Shown piece by piece: positions 1 through 8,520 of a stretch of DNA of 64,000 bases. The notes below the pieces were generated by a model, which was not told where the DNA came from, made no database searches, and saw only the letters and a list, made by a program, of their open reading frames with translations. The first letter of the stretch is position 1; every line of letters starts with the position of its first letter. The stretch covers positions 273 through 64,272 of the forward strand of contig JANWWP010000034.1 in NCBI GenBank assembly GCA_025055575.1, in the 5' to 3' direction. The stretch comes from Flavobacteriales bacterium. GTDB taxonomy: Bacteria; Bacteroidota; Bacteroidia; CAIKAF01. The position numbers and the translations under genes are program-made.

Positions 1-1
1 G

Positions 2-655
2 AAATATCAATTCGGTCGTATCCTCTTTGTGAACGGGGCCCCTGGTCGTGACACGGCCTTTGTGAGAGCGCTGGGGGAAGCCACGGAAAAAGCCCTTCAA
101 AAGGTGCGCCCCACAGGAAAAGTGTTTTACCGCGTCAATTCGGTTCAGGAAATTGGATCGGCTCTTGACCCCAGTTCTGAAAATCTGATTTATTATCCTT
201 CCACTCGCGAAACGGCAGTCAATAGTTTTTTAAATCAGCTTAGAGCCCTGCAGAAAAATATTCCTTTGGCGGTTCTGGGTGATGAAAGCTGGTTGGCTTT
301 CAGTACTGCCGATTTAGACTTTTTTTCCCAAGTCCGATTAAGGATTCCGGTTCAAAATTTTGTCACCCGCGGCGACACCTTGTTTGACCGTTTTTACAAT
401 TTCTGTCAAAAAGAATTCGGTACCGAACCCGATTTCTATGCATTTCGTGCGTACGATATTTTGTGCTACGTGATGGATGTATTAGAAAATTATGGACATC
501 TGACTGCCGAATGTTTAGAAAAGGAAAGCCGACGCTATTTGTTGTCTCCAATCAAGCTCCAGCGCATTCCTGGCACTGAGGTGTGGGAAAACAAAGGTAT
601 CTCGGTGCTCACTTTGATGCACAACGACTTGTTTTTTGAAACATTCGGAGATTAA
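2..655 (+). CDS. C-terminal part of a periplasmic ligand-binding (type-1 PBP-like) protein; 5' end lies outside the window
   Basis: The reading frame is open from base 2 with no upstream stop, so the gene starts before the window. The 208+ aa product resembles the C-terminal lobe of periplasmic solute-binding proteins. Family assignment is by general resemblance only. Confidence 0.35.
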   Translation, partial: KYQFGRILFVNGAPGRDTAFVRALGEATEKALQKVRPTGKVFYRVNSVQEIGSALDPSSENLIYYPSTRETAVNSFLNQLRALQKNIPLAVLGDESWLAFSTADLDFFSQVRLRIPVQNFVTRGDTLFDRFYNFCQKEFGTEPDFYAFRAYDILCYVMDVLENYGHLTAECLEKESRRYLLSPIKLQRIPGTEVWENKGISVLTLMHNDLFFETFGD

Positions 656-672
656 ACCGTCCCCTCCCAGAT

Positions 673-2700
673 ATGGAACTATCCTCGGAAACCCTCTCCA
701 AAAATCCTGGCCAGTGGCCCGTAGTATTTGACAGGTCGCCTTTCAGCGATGAAGAATTGCGCCATATTTATAAAGCCCTGCTATACCCCCGACTGATAGA
801 GGAGAAAATGCTGATTCTCCTGCGCCAGGGGCGGATTTCAAAATGGTTTTCCGGCATAGGACAGGAAGCCATATCTGTGGGGTGTGCCTTAGGCATGCAG
901 GCGGATGAATACCTGTTGCCCATGCACCGCAATCTGGGCATGTTTACAGCCCGTGGGGTGCCGCTCAAAAAGTTGTTCCTCCAGTTTCAGGGACGAAAAG
1001 AAGGATTTTCTAAAGGAAGGGAACGTTCATTCCATTTTGGCACCCAGGAATACAAAATTGTGGGAATGATCTCCCACCTGGGGCCCCAGATGGCCGTGGC
1101 CGATGGCATTGCCCTGGCATCCAAACTCAGGGGAGAAGGCAAGGCCACTTTGGTAATTACCGGCGATGGAGCCACCAGCGAGGGCGACTTTCACGAAGCT
1201 TTAAATGTGGCTTCTGTGTGGGATTTGCCGGTACTATTTGTCATTGAAAACAACGGCTACGGACTAAGCACACCCAGCCATGAGCAATTCAAGTGTGCCC
1301 TTCTATCCGATCGTGCGCCCGGCTATGCTATGGAATCCGTGGTCCTGGATGGGAATAATGTTTTGGAAATGGTGCATGCGGTGCGCACCATCGCCCGGTC
1401 GGTCCGGAGCAAACCCCGCCCCGTTATGTTGGAGTGTATTACCTTCAGGATGCGGGGCCACGAGGAGGCTTCAGGCACAAAATATGTCCCAAAAGAACTA
1501 TTTGAAATGTGGGAAAAAAAGGATCCCATCTCCACCTATGAAAAATTTTTATTGAGCGAAGGAATCCTTTCTGTGGCTGATGTAGGTCGCATACGTGAAG
1601 AATTGAAAGAGCACATCCACCGCGAGGTGGAGGAGGGACTTGCCGTTCCGCCTCTCGTTCCGGACACGGAGGAAGAGCTCAGGGATGTCTATGCCCCTTT
1701 TTCGCCGACGCCTCATCTGCCCGAACCCGATGTTCGAAGGGACATTCGCTTTGTGGACGCCGTCAAGGAGGGCTTAGACCTCGCGATGGAGCGGCATCCT
1801 GAGTTGGTGCTGATGGGACAGGATATTGCAGAGTATGGAGGTGTTTTTAAGGTGACGGAAGGCTTTGTAGAAAAATACGGAAAAGAGCGGGTGCGTAATA
1901 CGCCTCTCTGCGAGTCGGCCATTGTGGGTTGCGCCCTGGGCTTGAGTATTCGCGGGATGAAGGCCATGGTAGAAATGCAATTTGCCGATTTTGTGACCTG
2001 TGGTTTTAATCAGATTGTGAATAACCTGGCCAAGATTCACTATAGGTGGGGCCAAAATGCGGATGTGGTGATACGGATGCCTACCGGCGCAGGCGTGAAT
2101 GCCGGACCTTTTCATAGCCAAAGCACGGAAGCATGGTTTTTTCATGTGCCGGGCCTTAAAATCTTGTATCCGGCTTTTCCGGATGACGCCAAAGGTTTGT
2201 TGTTGGCTGCGTTCGAAGATCCTAACCCGGTGATGTTTTTCGAACACAAAGCCCTGTACCGAAGTGTTACCGGAGACCTGCCCAAAGGTTATTACACTGT
2301 GCCCATTGGTCAAGCCCGTTGGGTGCACCGCGGCAGCCGGGCCACCATCATCACCTATGGGTTTGGGGTGCACTGGGCTTTGGAGTTGACGCGCAAACCG
2401 GAATACAGCCGTGTGGGAATATTAGACCTGAGAACTTTGTTGCCCTTTGACCGAGATGCAATTTTGAAAGCTGTACGGCAAACCAACCGCGTTCTCATCT
2501 TGCATGAGGATACCCTCACCGGAGGCATCGGCGCTGAGATTGCGGCCTTTATTCAGGAAACGGCCTTCGGTCATCTGGATGCCCCGGTCATGCGCTGCGC
2601 GGCCTTAGATACCCCCGTTCCGTTCGCCCATGAATTGGAGTGGAATTTCCTCCCCAAAAACAGGCTTGAGCAAAAAATCAAAGAACTTCTGGCTTTCTGA
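673..2700 (+). CDS. 2-oxoacid (pyruvate/branched-chain) dehydrogenase E1 component, fused alpha+beta subunits (TPP-dependent)
   Basis: The N-terminal half carries the TPP-binding motif 'ITGDGATSEGDFHEALNVASVWDLPVLFVIENNGYG' (E1 alpha). The C-terminal half is a transketolase-like pyrimidine-binding plus C-terminal domain (E1 beta; 'GQDIAEYGGVFKVTEGF...'). At 675 aa it matches the fused E1 typical of Bacteroidota. Confidence 0.85.
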   Translation: MELSSETLSKNPGQWPVVFDRSPFSDEELRHIYKALLYPRLIEEKMLILLRQGRISKWFSGIGQEAISVGCALGMQADEYLLPMHRNLGMFTARGVPLKKLFLQFQGRKEGFSKGRERSFHFGTQEYKIVGMISHLGPQMAVADGIALASKLRGEGKATLVITGDGATSEGDFHEALNVASVWDLPVLFVIENNGYGLSTPSHEQFKCALLSDRAPGYAMESVVLDGNNVLEMVHAVRTIARSVRSKPRPVMLECITFRMRGHEEASGTKYVPKELFEMWEKKDPISTYEKFLLSEGILSVADVGRIREELKEHIHREVEEGLAVPPLVPDTEEELRDVYAPFSPTPHLPEPDVRRDIRFVDAVKEGLDLAMERHPELVLMGQDIAEYGGVFKVTEGFVEKYGKERVRNTPLCESAIVGCALGLSIRGMKAMVEMQFADFVTCGFNQIVNNLAKIHYRWGQNADVVIRMPTGAGVNAGPFHSQSTEAWFFHVPGLKILYPAFPDDAKGLLLAAFEDPNPVMFFEHKALYRSVTGDLPKGYYTVPIGQARWVHRGSRATIITYGFGVHWALELTRKPEYSRVGILDLRTLLPFDRDAILKAVRQTNRVLILHEDTLTGGIGAEIAAFIQETAFGHLDAPVMRCAALDTPVPFAHELEWNFLPKNRLEQKIKELLAF

Positions 2701-4628
2701 TGCACCCAGCCCTGCATAAGGCCATTATTTTGGCCGGCGGCAAAGGCAGTCGGTTGCAGGCGGAGGCCCGCAATCGTCCCAAATGCCTAACGCCCATAGC
2801 CGGCAAACCCGTTTTGCAATGGCAGCTGGAATGGTGTGCCCGGTGGGGTTTGCATGATGTGACCTTATACATCGCCCAAATGGGCGATCAGGTGCGAGAA
2901 TTTGTTGAGATCCATAGAAATCTCTGGACCAATCTGAAGTTTCGGTTTTTTGAGGAACCTTTTCCCGCCGGGACGGCCGGAGGTTTGGCTTTGGATGACC
3001 AACGACCCCGGGAGGCTTTTGTTCTTATTTATGGGGATGTCATTTTCAATATCCACCTGCCCCGCCTTTTTCATTTTCATTTGGAAAAGAAAGCCGATGC
3101 CACTTTAGTGGTGCATCCCAACGATCATCCCTTCGATAGCGATGTGCTGGAAATGGACGAGGAGGGCTGGATCACCAAAGTTTTTCCCAAACCCCATGAC
3201 CCTTCCAGCCTGCCACGAAGGAATCTGGTGAATGCGGCATTGTATGTTCTCACGCCCGCTGTCTATCCTTTTATTCCGGTAGGCGTGCCTTCAGATTTTG
3301 GACGGGATATTCTTCCACATCTTGTTTCCCGCCTTCGCGTGGCGGGATACAACACGATAGAATATATCAAAGACATGGGCACCCCAGAACGCCTTCATCA
3401 GGTGGAAGCCGATGTACAATCCGGAGTTTTGGAAAAAGCTACTTATTCGGTATTTCGCCCTGCGGTTTTCCTGGACAGAGACGGTACCATCAATCCGGAA
3501 AAAGGTTTTTTGACCCGCTGGCAGGATTTTGAGCTTTTGCCTTCTACGGCCGAGGCTGTCCGGCATTTGAACAGGCGCCACTGGCCGGTGGTTGTGGTCA
3601 CCAATCAAAGCGGGTTGGCCCGAAACCTGCTTTCGCGGGAAGAACTTCGTTTAATTCACAATCGCATGGATGTCCTTTTGGGAGAGCGGGGAGCATGGAT
3701 TGACGACCTTCTGTATTGTCCGCATCATCCGGATGCCGGCTATCCTGAAGAAAATCGAGATCTAAAAATACCATGTTCCTGCCGCAAACCTGCCCCTGGA
3801 ATGATACTTCAGGCTGCTGAGCGGCACCAACTGAATCTTTTGGCCAGCTGGATGATCGGAGACTCCCGGCGCGATATCGATGCAGGACGGGCCGCCGGGT
3901 GTTCTACAATTGGCGTTCGTACAGGGGTTGGATGTCGCGATGCGGTATGGCCTCCAGATATTTTTTGTAACACCTTGGCGGAGGCCGTCTCCTTCCTGTG
4001 CGATGACCGCTACTGGCACCATGTAGAGGCCCTGGCCAAAAACTTATCGGGCTGTAAAGGAATTCTTATTTTCGGTCATCCAGCCAGTGGCAAAAGTACT
4101 TTGGCCGGCGCCTTGCACCACGTCTTGAAAAAACGGGGGCTACCCGTGATGCGTCTTTGGCTGGATTTTTGGATTGCACCGATCAGAAACCGCCCTCAGG
4201 ACGTATCAGGACGTTTGGGAATCGCACGACTCCTGGAAGATCTCCATCTTCTGCTGGAAGGAAAGGCAGTCAAAATATTTCCTTACATGTCCGCTTCACG
4301 CGAAGCATCTGAAGAATCCATAGAAATCCAGGCGCCCCCCCACACATTTTGGATTGTGGAGGGGGTGGCTGCCGGGCATCCCGCCTTGCAAGACCTGGCT
4401 GAAAGTCAGGGGTGGCGACGCTTGAAGTGCCATACCACGCCTGAAATCAGAAACCGAAGAATCCAAGAATTTTACACCTGGAAAGGCCTTTCTGCCTTAG
4501 AAATACAAAAAATTTTAAACGACCGGCTGCCTTTTGAAGAGGCCACCCTTGACATGTGGTGTCCGGATTCGGTTGAACTGTGGACGGAAGCCTATGGAAA
4601 TAACCCCGCTGAAACGGCCCAAAATTGA
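2700..4628 (+). CDS. three-domain fusion: sugar-1-phosphate nucleotidyltransferase (HddC/ManC-like) + HAD-IIIA phosphatase (GmhB-like heptose-1,7-bisphosphate phosphatase) + C-terminal P-loop kinase-like domain
   Basis: The N-terminus 'ILAGGKGSRLQ' is the nucleotidyltransferase G-rich loop. The middle 'VFLDRDGTIN...VVVTNQSG...GDSRRDIDAG' carries HAD motifs I-III with the GmhB-type 'CPHHP...CSCRKP' zinc site. The C-terminus 'ILIFGHPASGKSTLAGAL' is a Walker A of uridine-kinase/NMP-kinase type. The start ATG overlaps the E1 stop (TGATG). Confidence 0.75.
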   Translation: MHPALHKAIILAGGKGSRLQAEARNRPKCLTPIAGKPVLQWQLEWCARWGLHDVTLYIAQMGDQVREFVEIHRNLWTNLKFRFFEEPFPAGTAGGLALDDQRPREAFVLIYGDVIFNIHLPRLFHFHLEKKADATLVVHPNDHPFDSDVLEMDEEGWITKVFPKPHDPSSLPRRNLVNAALYVLTPAVYPFIPVGVPSDFGRDILPHLVSRLRVAGYNTIEYIKDMGTPERLHQVEADVQSGVLEKATYSVFRPAVFLDRDGTINPEKGFLTRWQDFELLPSTAEAVRHLNRRHWPVVVVTNQSGLARNLLSREELRLIHNRMDVLLGERGAWIDDLLYCPHHPDAGYPEENRDLKIPCSCRKPAPGMILQAAERHQLNLLASWMIGDSRRDIDAGRAAGCSTIGVRTGVGCRDAVWPPDIFCNTLAEAVSFLCDDRYWHHVEALAKNLSGCKGILIFGHPASGKSTLAGALHHVLKKRGLPVMRLWLDFWIAPIRNRPQDVSGRLGIARLLEDLHLLLEGKAVKIFPYMSASREASEESIEIQAPPHTFWIVEGVAAGHPALQDLAESQGWRRLKCHTTPEIRNRRIQEFYTWKGLSALEIQKILNDRLPFEEATLDMWCPDSVELWTEAYGNNPAETAQN

Positions 4629-4702
4629 ATGCGACTCAGTGCCTACGGTCTAAGCCAAAAATTTGCAAAAACAAACTGAAAAGTCGCAGATTTGTAGGGA
4701 AC

Positions 4703-5920
4703 ATGGGAGACAACCAGAGTTTATTGGATACGGTGCTCCAAAAAGCCAAGGCTCTATGGCCTGAACTTTTAGAATGGCGCCGTCATCTGCATGAAAATCC
4801 GGAGCTGTCGTTTCAGGAATATAAAACCCAGGCCTGGTTGCGCGAGAAGCTGGGAGAAATGGGCATTGAATGCCACCCAGTGGCTGAAACAGGGCTTTGG
4901 GGGATTCTGAAATCGGAAGATGCCGGGGAGGAAGAGCCAGTCTTCTGGCTAAGGGCAGACATGGATGCTCTGCCCATCCACGAGAACGAAGAAAAACCCT
5001 GTGTAAGCCACAATCCTGGGGTGATGCACGCCTGCGGGCACGACGTGCACAGCGCTTGTTTGTTAGGCGCCTTAAATATTCTCAAACAATTGAGATTGTC
5101 TTGGCATGGAAAGGTGGGTTTTGTTTTTCAGCCGGGGGAGGAAGTGTTGCCCGGGGGTGCCAGTCTGGTGGTTTCGAGCGGTCTTTTTACGTCTTTTTCC
5201 AACCTGGGCATGGCGGCCTTGCATGTAAGTCCGGAATTGGATGCCGGGTATTTGGGTTTTGCGGAAGGCCCTTTCATGGCATCGTCTGACGAAATTTACC
5301 TCACTTTTGAAGGGCCTGGCGGGCATGGGGCTTTGCCTCATCTCTCGGCAGATACCCTCCTGGCCGCTGCCAGCACATTGGTTATCCTTCAACAAGTGGC
5401 CAGCCGCCGCGCCCCCACGGCCACGCCCACCATTCTCTCCTTCGGCCGTTGCACGGCGCCGGGGGCCCCGAACGTGATTCCTTCCAAGGTTGAATTGGCC
5501 GGCACTTTCCGCACGTTGGATGAAGCCTGGCGCCGAGAAGCCCATCAACACATTCGCCGTATTGCAGAGCAAACGGCCGCCGCACACAGTGTGTCTCTTA
5601 CATGCGAAATTCGCCAGGGATATCCGGTCTTGGTGAACGACCCGGAGCTCACGCACCATGTTCGTGCGGCTATGGCATCTTTGTTTGGCGCGGAAAAAAT
5701 TGTGGAATTAAAGCCCCGAATGACCTCTGAGGATTTTTCTTTTTACGGAAGTCAGATGCCTGTGTGTCTTTTTAGATTGGGTACCGGAGGTCCAGAACAT
5801 CAATATCGGCATAGCGTGCACACCCCCCGCTTCGACATCCATCCGGAGGCCTTGTTCTATGGTGCTGCTGCGCTTGCCTGGGCGGCGTTAAGCAACCTTA
5901 ATGCCGGGAGAAAGCCATAA
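4703..5920 (+). CDS. M20D family amidohydrolase (N-acyl-L-amino acid amidohydrolase / hippurate hydrolase-like)
   Basis: The metal-binding motifs 'MHACGHDVH' and 'GGASLVV' are typical of M20D. I chose the ATG at 4703 (MGDNQ...), which gives about 405 aa. The supplied track opens at a TTG (4625) that overlaps the upstream stop. Confidence 0.75.
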   Translation: MGDNQSLLDTVLQKAKALWPELLEWRRHLHENPELSFQEYKTQAWLREKLGEMGIECHPVAETGLWGILKSEDAGEEEPVFWLRADMDALPIHENEEKPCVSHNPGVMHACGHDVHSACLLGALNILKQLRLSWHGKVGFVFQPGEEVLPGGASLVVSSGLFTSFSNLGMAALHVSPELDAGYLGFAEGPFMASSDEIYLTFEGPGGHGALPHLSADTLLAAASTLVILQQVASRRAPTATPTILSFGRCTAPGAPNVIPSKVELAGTFRTLDEAWRREAHQHIRRIAEQTAAAHSVSLTCEIRQGYPVLVNDPELTHHVRAAMASLFGAEKIVELKPRMTSEDFSFYGSQMPVCLFRLGTGGPEHQYRHSVHTPRFDIHPEALFYGAAALAWAALSNLNAGRKP

Positions 5921-6154
5921 AAGTTCCTGTAAAGCTCAATAGACAGGACTCTTTTCATGGCCGGATTGATTAAAAACATGGCACACCTTTAATTTTTTGA
6001 AAGTAAACAGTGTAATGTATTTTGTATTGATATTAAAATCATAATCTTAAAGAGGTATTATTTATGAATTTGTGTGTGAAATACGAGTAATTATCTTCAT
6101 AAGCATTTTCCTCAATATTGTTGTTTTTCCCCGTCCCTTGACCTGACCGGGATT

Positions 6155-6162
6155 TACTTTTG
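6155..6162 (+). promoter_or_regulatory. candidate Bacteroidota -7 promoter box 'TACTTTTG' about 20 nt upstream of ffh
   Basis: The sequence matches the TAnnTTTG consensus used by Bacteroidota sigma-A. It sits in a 260-bp AT-rich intergenic region directly upstream of the ffh ATG at 6182. Confidence 0.4.
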
Positions 6163-6181
6163 CAAAACTGAAACGAACACC

Positions 6182-7519
6182 ATGTTTGAAAATCTAACCG
6201 AACGCCTGGAACGCTCTTTTAAGCTGATACGGGGCCAAGGGCGCATCACTGAAATCAATATTGCGGAGACCCTGAAGGAAGTGCGTCGTGCTCTTTTGGA
6301 TGCGGACGTCAATTACAAGGTGGCCAAGGAATTCACCGACATGGTGAAACAAAAAGCTCTAGGACAAAATGTATTGACTGCCGTTTCGCCGGGGCAGATG
6401 CTTGTGAAAATTGTACACGATGAACTGGCTGCCTTGATGGGTGGACAGGCCACTGATATTCGCCTGAAAGGCAACCCTGCCGTCATCCTAATGGCTGGAT
6501 TACAGGGCTCAGGAAAAACCACATTCACCGCAAAGCTGGGGCTGTATCTGCGCAGCAAAAAAGGCCGCAACCCCCTTTTGGTAGCTTGCGATGTGTATCG
6601 GCCGGCAGCCATTCAACAATTGCAGACTTTGGGCGATCAACTGAATCTGCGTGTGTATGCCGAGCCCGACAACAAAAACCCCTTAAGCATCGCGCGGAAT
6701 GCCCTGCAATTTGCCCGACAACATGGCCATACGGCGGTGCTGGTGGATACGGCCGGTCGCCTGGCAGTGGATCAGGAAATGATGGATGAGATTGCCGCTT
6801 TAAAAGAGGTGCTGGTGCCGGATGAAATACTTTTTGTAGTGGATGCTATGACCGGCCAGGATGCGGTGAACACCGCCAAAGCTTTTCATGACCGCCTGAA
6901 TTATGATGGGATAGTGCTCACTAAAATGGATGGAGACACCCGCGGCGGGGCGGCGCTTTCAATCCGTGCGGTGGTGAGCAAGCCGGTGAAGTTCATTGGC
7001 ACGGGCGAAAAACCTGAGGCTCTGGAAGTGTTTCATCCCGATCGAATGGCCGATCGCATCCTGGGCATGGGCGACATTGTCTCCTTAGTGGAAAAAGCCC
7101 AGGAACAGTACGATGAAGAAGAAGCCCGGAGGCTTCAGAAAAAAATAATACAAAACAAATTTGATTTTGAGGATTTTCTGAAACAAATCCATCAAATCAA
7201 AAAAATGGGCTCCATGAAGAACCTGATGAGTATGATTCCCGGTATGGGTAAAATGCTCAAAGACCTGGACCTCAACGACGATATATTCAAAAATGTAGAG
7301 GCCATCATTCGTTCTATGACTCCCGAAGAACGGCGCAATCCCCAAATCCTTAATGGAAGTCGCCGCCAGCGCATTGCAAGGGGCAGCGGAACCAGCCTGC
7401 AAGAAGTGAACCGCCTCATTCGTCAGTTTGAAGATATGCGCAAAATGATGCGAATGGTGAGCGATCCGGGCCAAATGGCCAAGCTGATGCGCCACATGCC
7501 TAAAATGCCAGGGCGGTGA
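6182..7519 (+). CDS. ffh: signal recognition particle protein Ffh
   Basis: SRP54 N and G domains are present ('GLQGSGKTTF', 'DTAGR', 'TKMDGDTRGG'). The C-terminal M domain is methionine-rich ('MMRMVSDPGQMAKLMRHMPKMPG'). Confidence 0.95.
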   Translation: MFENLTERLERSFKLIRGQGRITEINIAETLKEVRRALLDADVNYKVAKEFTDMVKQKALGQNVLTAVSPGQMLVKIVHDELAALMGGQATDIRLKGNPAVILMAGLQGSGKTTFTAKLGLYLRSKKGRNPLLVACDVYRPAAIQQLQTLGDQLNLRVYAEPDNKNPLSIARNALQFARQHGHTAVLVDTAGRLAVDQEMMDEIAALKEVLVPDEILFVVDAMTGQDAVNTAKAFHDRLNYDGIVLTKMDGDTRGGAALSIRAVVSKPVKFIGTGEKPEALEVFHPDRMADRILGMGDIVSLVEKAQEQYDEEEARRLQKKIIQNKFDFEDFLKQIHQIKKMGSMKNLMSMIPGMGKMLKDLDLNDDIFKNVEAIIRSMTPEERRNPQILNGSRRQRIARGSGTSLQEVNRLIRQFEDMRKMMRMVSDPGQMAKLMRHMPKMPGR

Positions 7520-8421
7520 TGGGCAATTCGAAGAATCCTGTGCTTTTGGATGGGAAAAAAACATCCGATCAATTAAAAGCCAGCATCCAAATCAAGGCCC
7601 AGACCCTAACTTCCCTCTTAGGGAGGCCGCCGGGCCTGGCGGCCGTTTTGGTAGGTAATGACGGCGCCAGCGCGACGTATGTGGCCGCTAAAATGAAGGC
7701 CTGCGCAGCGTGTGGCATTCATTCCTTCACCGTGCATTTGCCGGAGGATATTGCCGAGGAGGAACTGCTTCAGGAGATTGAGAAATTAAACCACCAGGAA
7801 CATGTGGATGGCTTTATCGTGCAATTGCCTTTGCCTAAACACATTTCCGTGGAACGCGTGACGGAAGCCATCCGGCCTGAAAAAGATGTGGATTGTTTCC
7901 ACCCGGACAATGTGGGGCGGCTCACGTTGGGCCGGCCAAGATTTTTACCGGCCACACCGGGCGGTATTATCACCTTGTTTAACCATTACCATATTGAAAC
8001 CGAAGGCCGGCACGTGGTGGTGCTGGGCCGGAGCCATATTGTGGGACTTCCCATGACCCTCCTTCTGGCCGCTCCAGGCGCCGGAGGCAACGCCACTGTG
8101 ACGGTGTGTCATAGCCGCACTCAAAACCTGGAACACCACATGCAGCAGGCTGATATCCTTATTGCGGCCATAGGGAAGCCGGCTTTTGTTCAGGCCCATC
8201 ATGTGAAACCTGGCGCCGTTGTGGTGGATGTGGGTATCACTCGTGTTCCAGACAATACAGCGCCTCGTGGTTACCGGTTGCTGGGTGATGTAGATTTTCC
8301 GAAGGTCGCTCCTAAGTGCTCAGCCATCACACCTGTACCAGGCGGGGTGGGCCCCATGACCATCATCACTCTTTTGAGCAACACCTTGGAAGCCGCTTCC
8401 CGGAACATGAACCGGCTTTGA
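7519..8421 (+). CDS. folD: bifunctional 5,10-methylene-THF dehydrogenase / methenyl-THF cyclohydrolase FolD
   Basis: FolD signatures are present: 'YVAAKMKACAACGI' and 'GRSHIVGLPMTLLL'. The length is about 300 aa. The ATG at 7519 overlaps the ffh stop, and an in-frame GTG at 7516 is an alternative start. Confidence 0.9.
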   Translation: MGNSKNPVLLDGKKTSDQLKASIQIKAQTLTSLLGRPPGLAAVLVGNDGASATYVAAKMKACAACGIHSFTVHLPEDIAEEELLQEIEKLNHQEHVDGFIVQLPLPKHISVERVTEAIRPEKDVDCFHPDNVGRLTLGRPRFLPATPGGIITLFNHYHIETEGRHVVVLGRSHIVGLPMTLLLAAPGAGGNATVTVCHSRTQNLEHHMQQADILIAAIGKPAFVQAHHVKPGAVVVDVGITRVPDNTAPRGYRLLGDVDFPKVAPKCSAITPVPGGVGPMTIITLLSNTLEAASRNMNRL

Positions 8422-8487
8422 TAGTCCTGTTGTTATTCTTTAGTTAAAACTCATTTCTTCGCCAATCTTTCGGAATATCAGGGGATT

Positions 8488-8515
8488 AGGGGTTTTAATT
8501 TTGCACAAAACCCCT
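8488..8515 (+). promoter_or_regulatory. 9-bp perfect-stem hairpin (AGGGGTTTT-N10-AAAACCCCT) ending 5 nt before the CocE/NonD start codon
   Basis: The inverted repeat was read directly from the sequence. It lies between the folD stop (8421) and the ATG at 8521. No T-run follows, so it is not a classic intrinsic terminator. It could attenuate folD read-through or occlude the translation start. Confidence 0.35.
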
Positions 8516-8520
8516 GAGTA

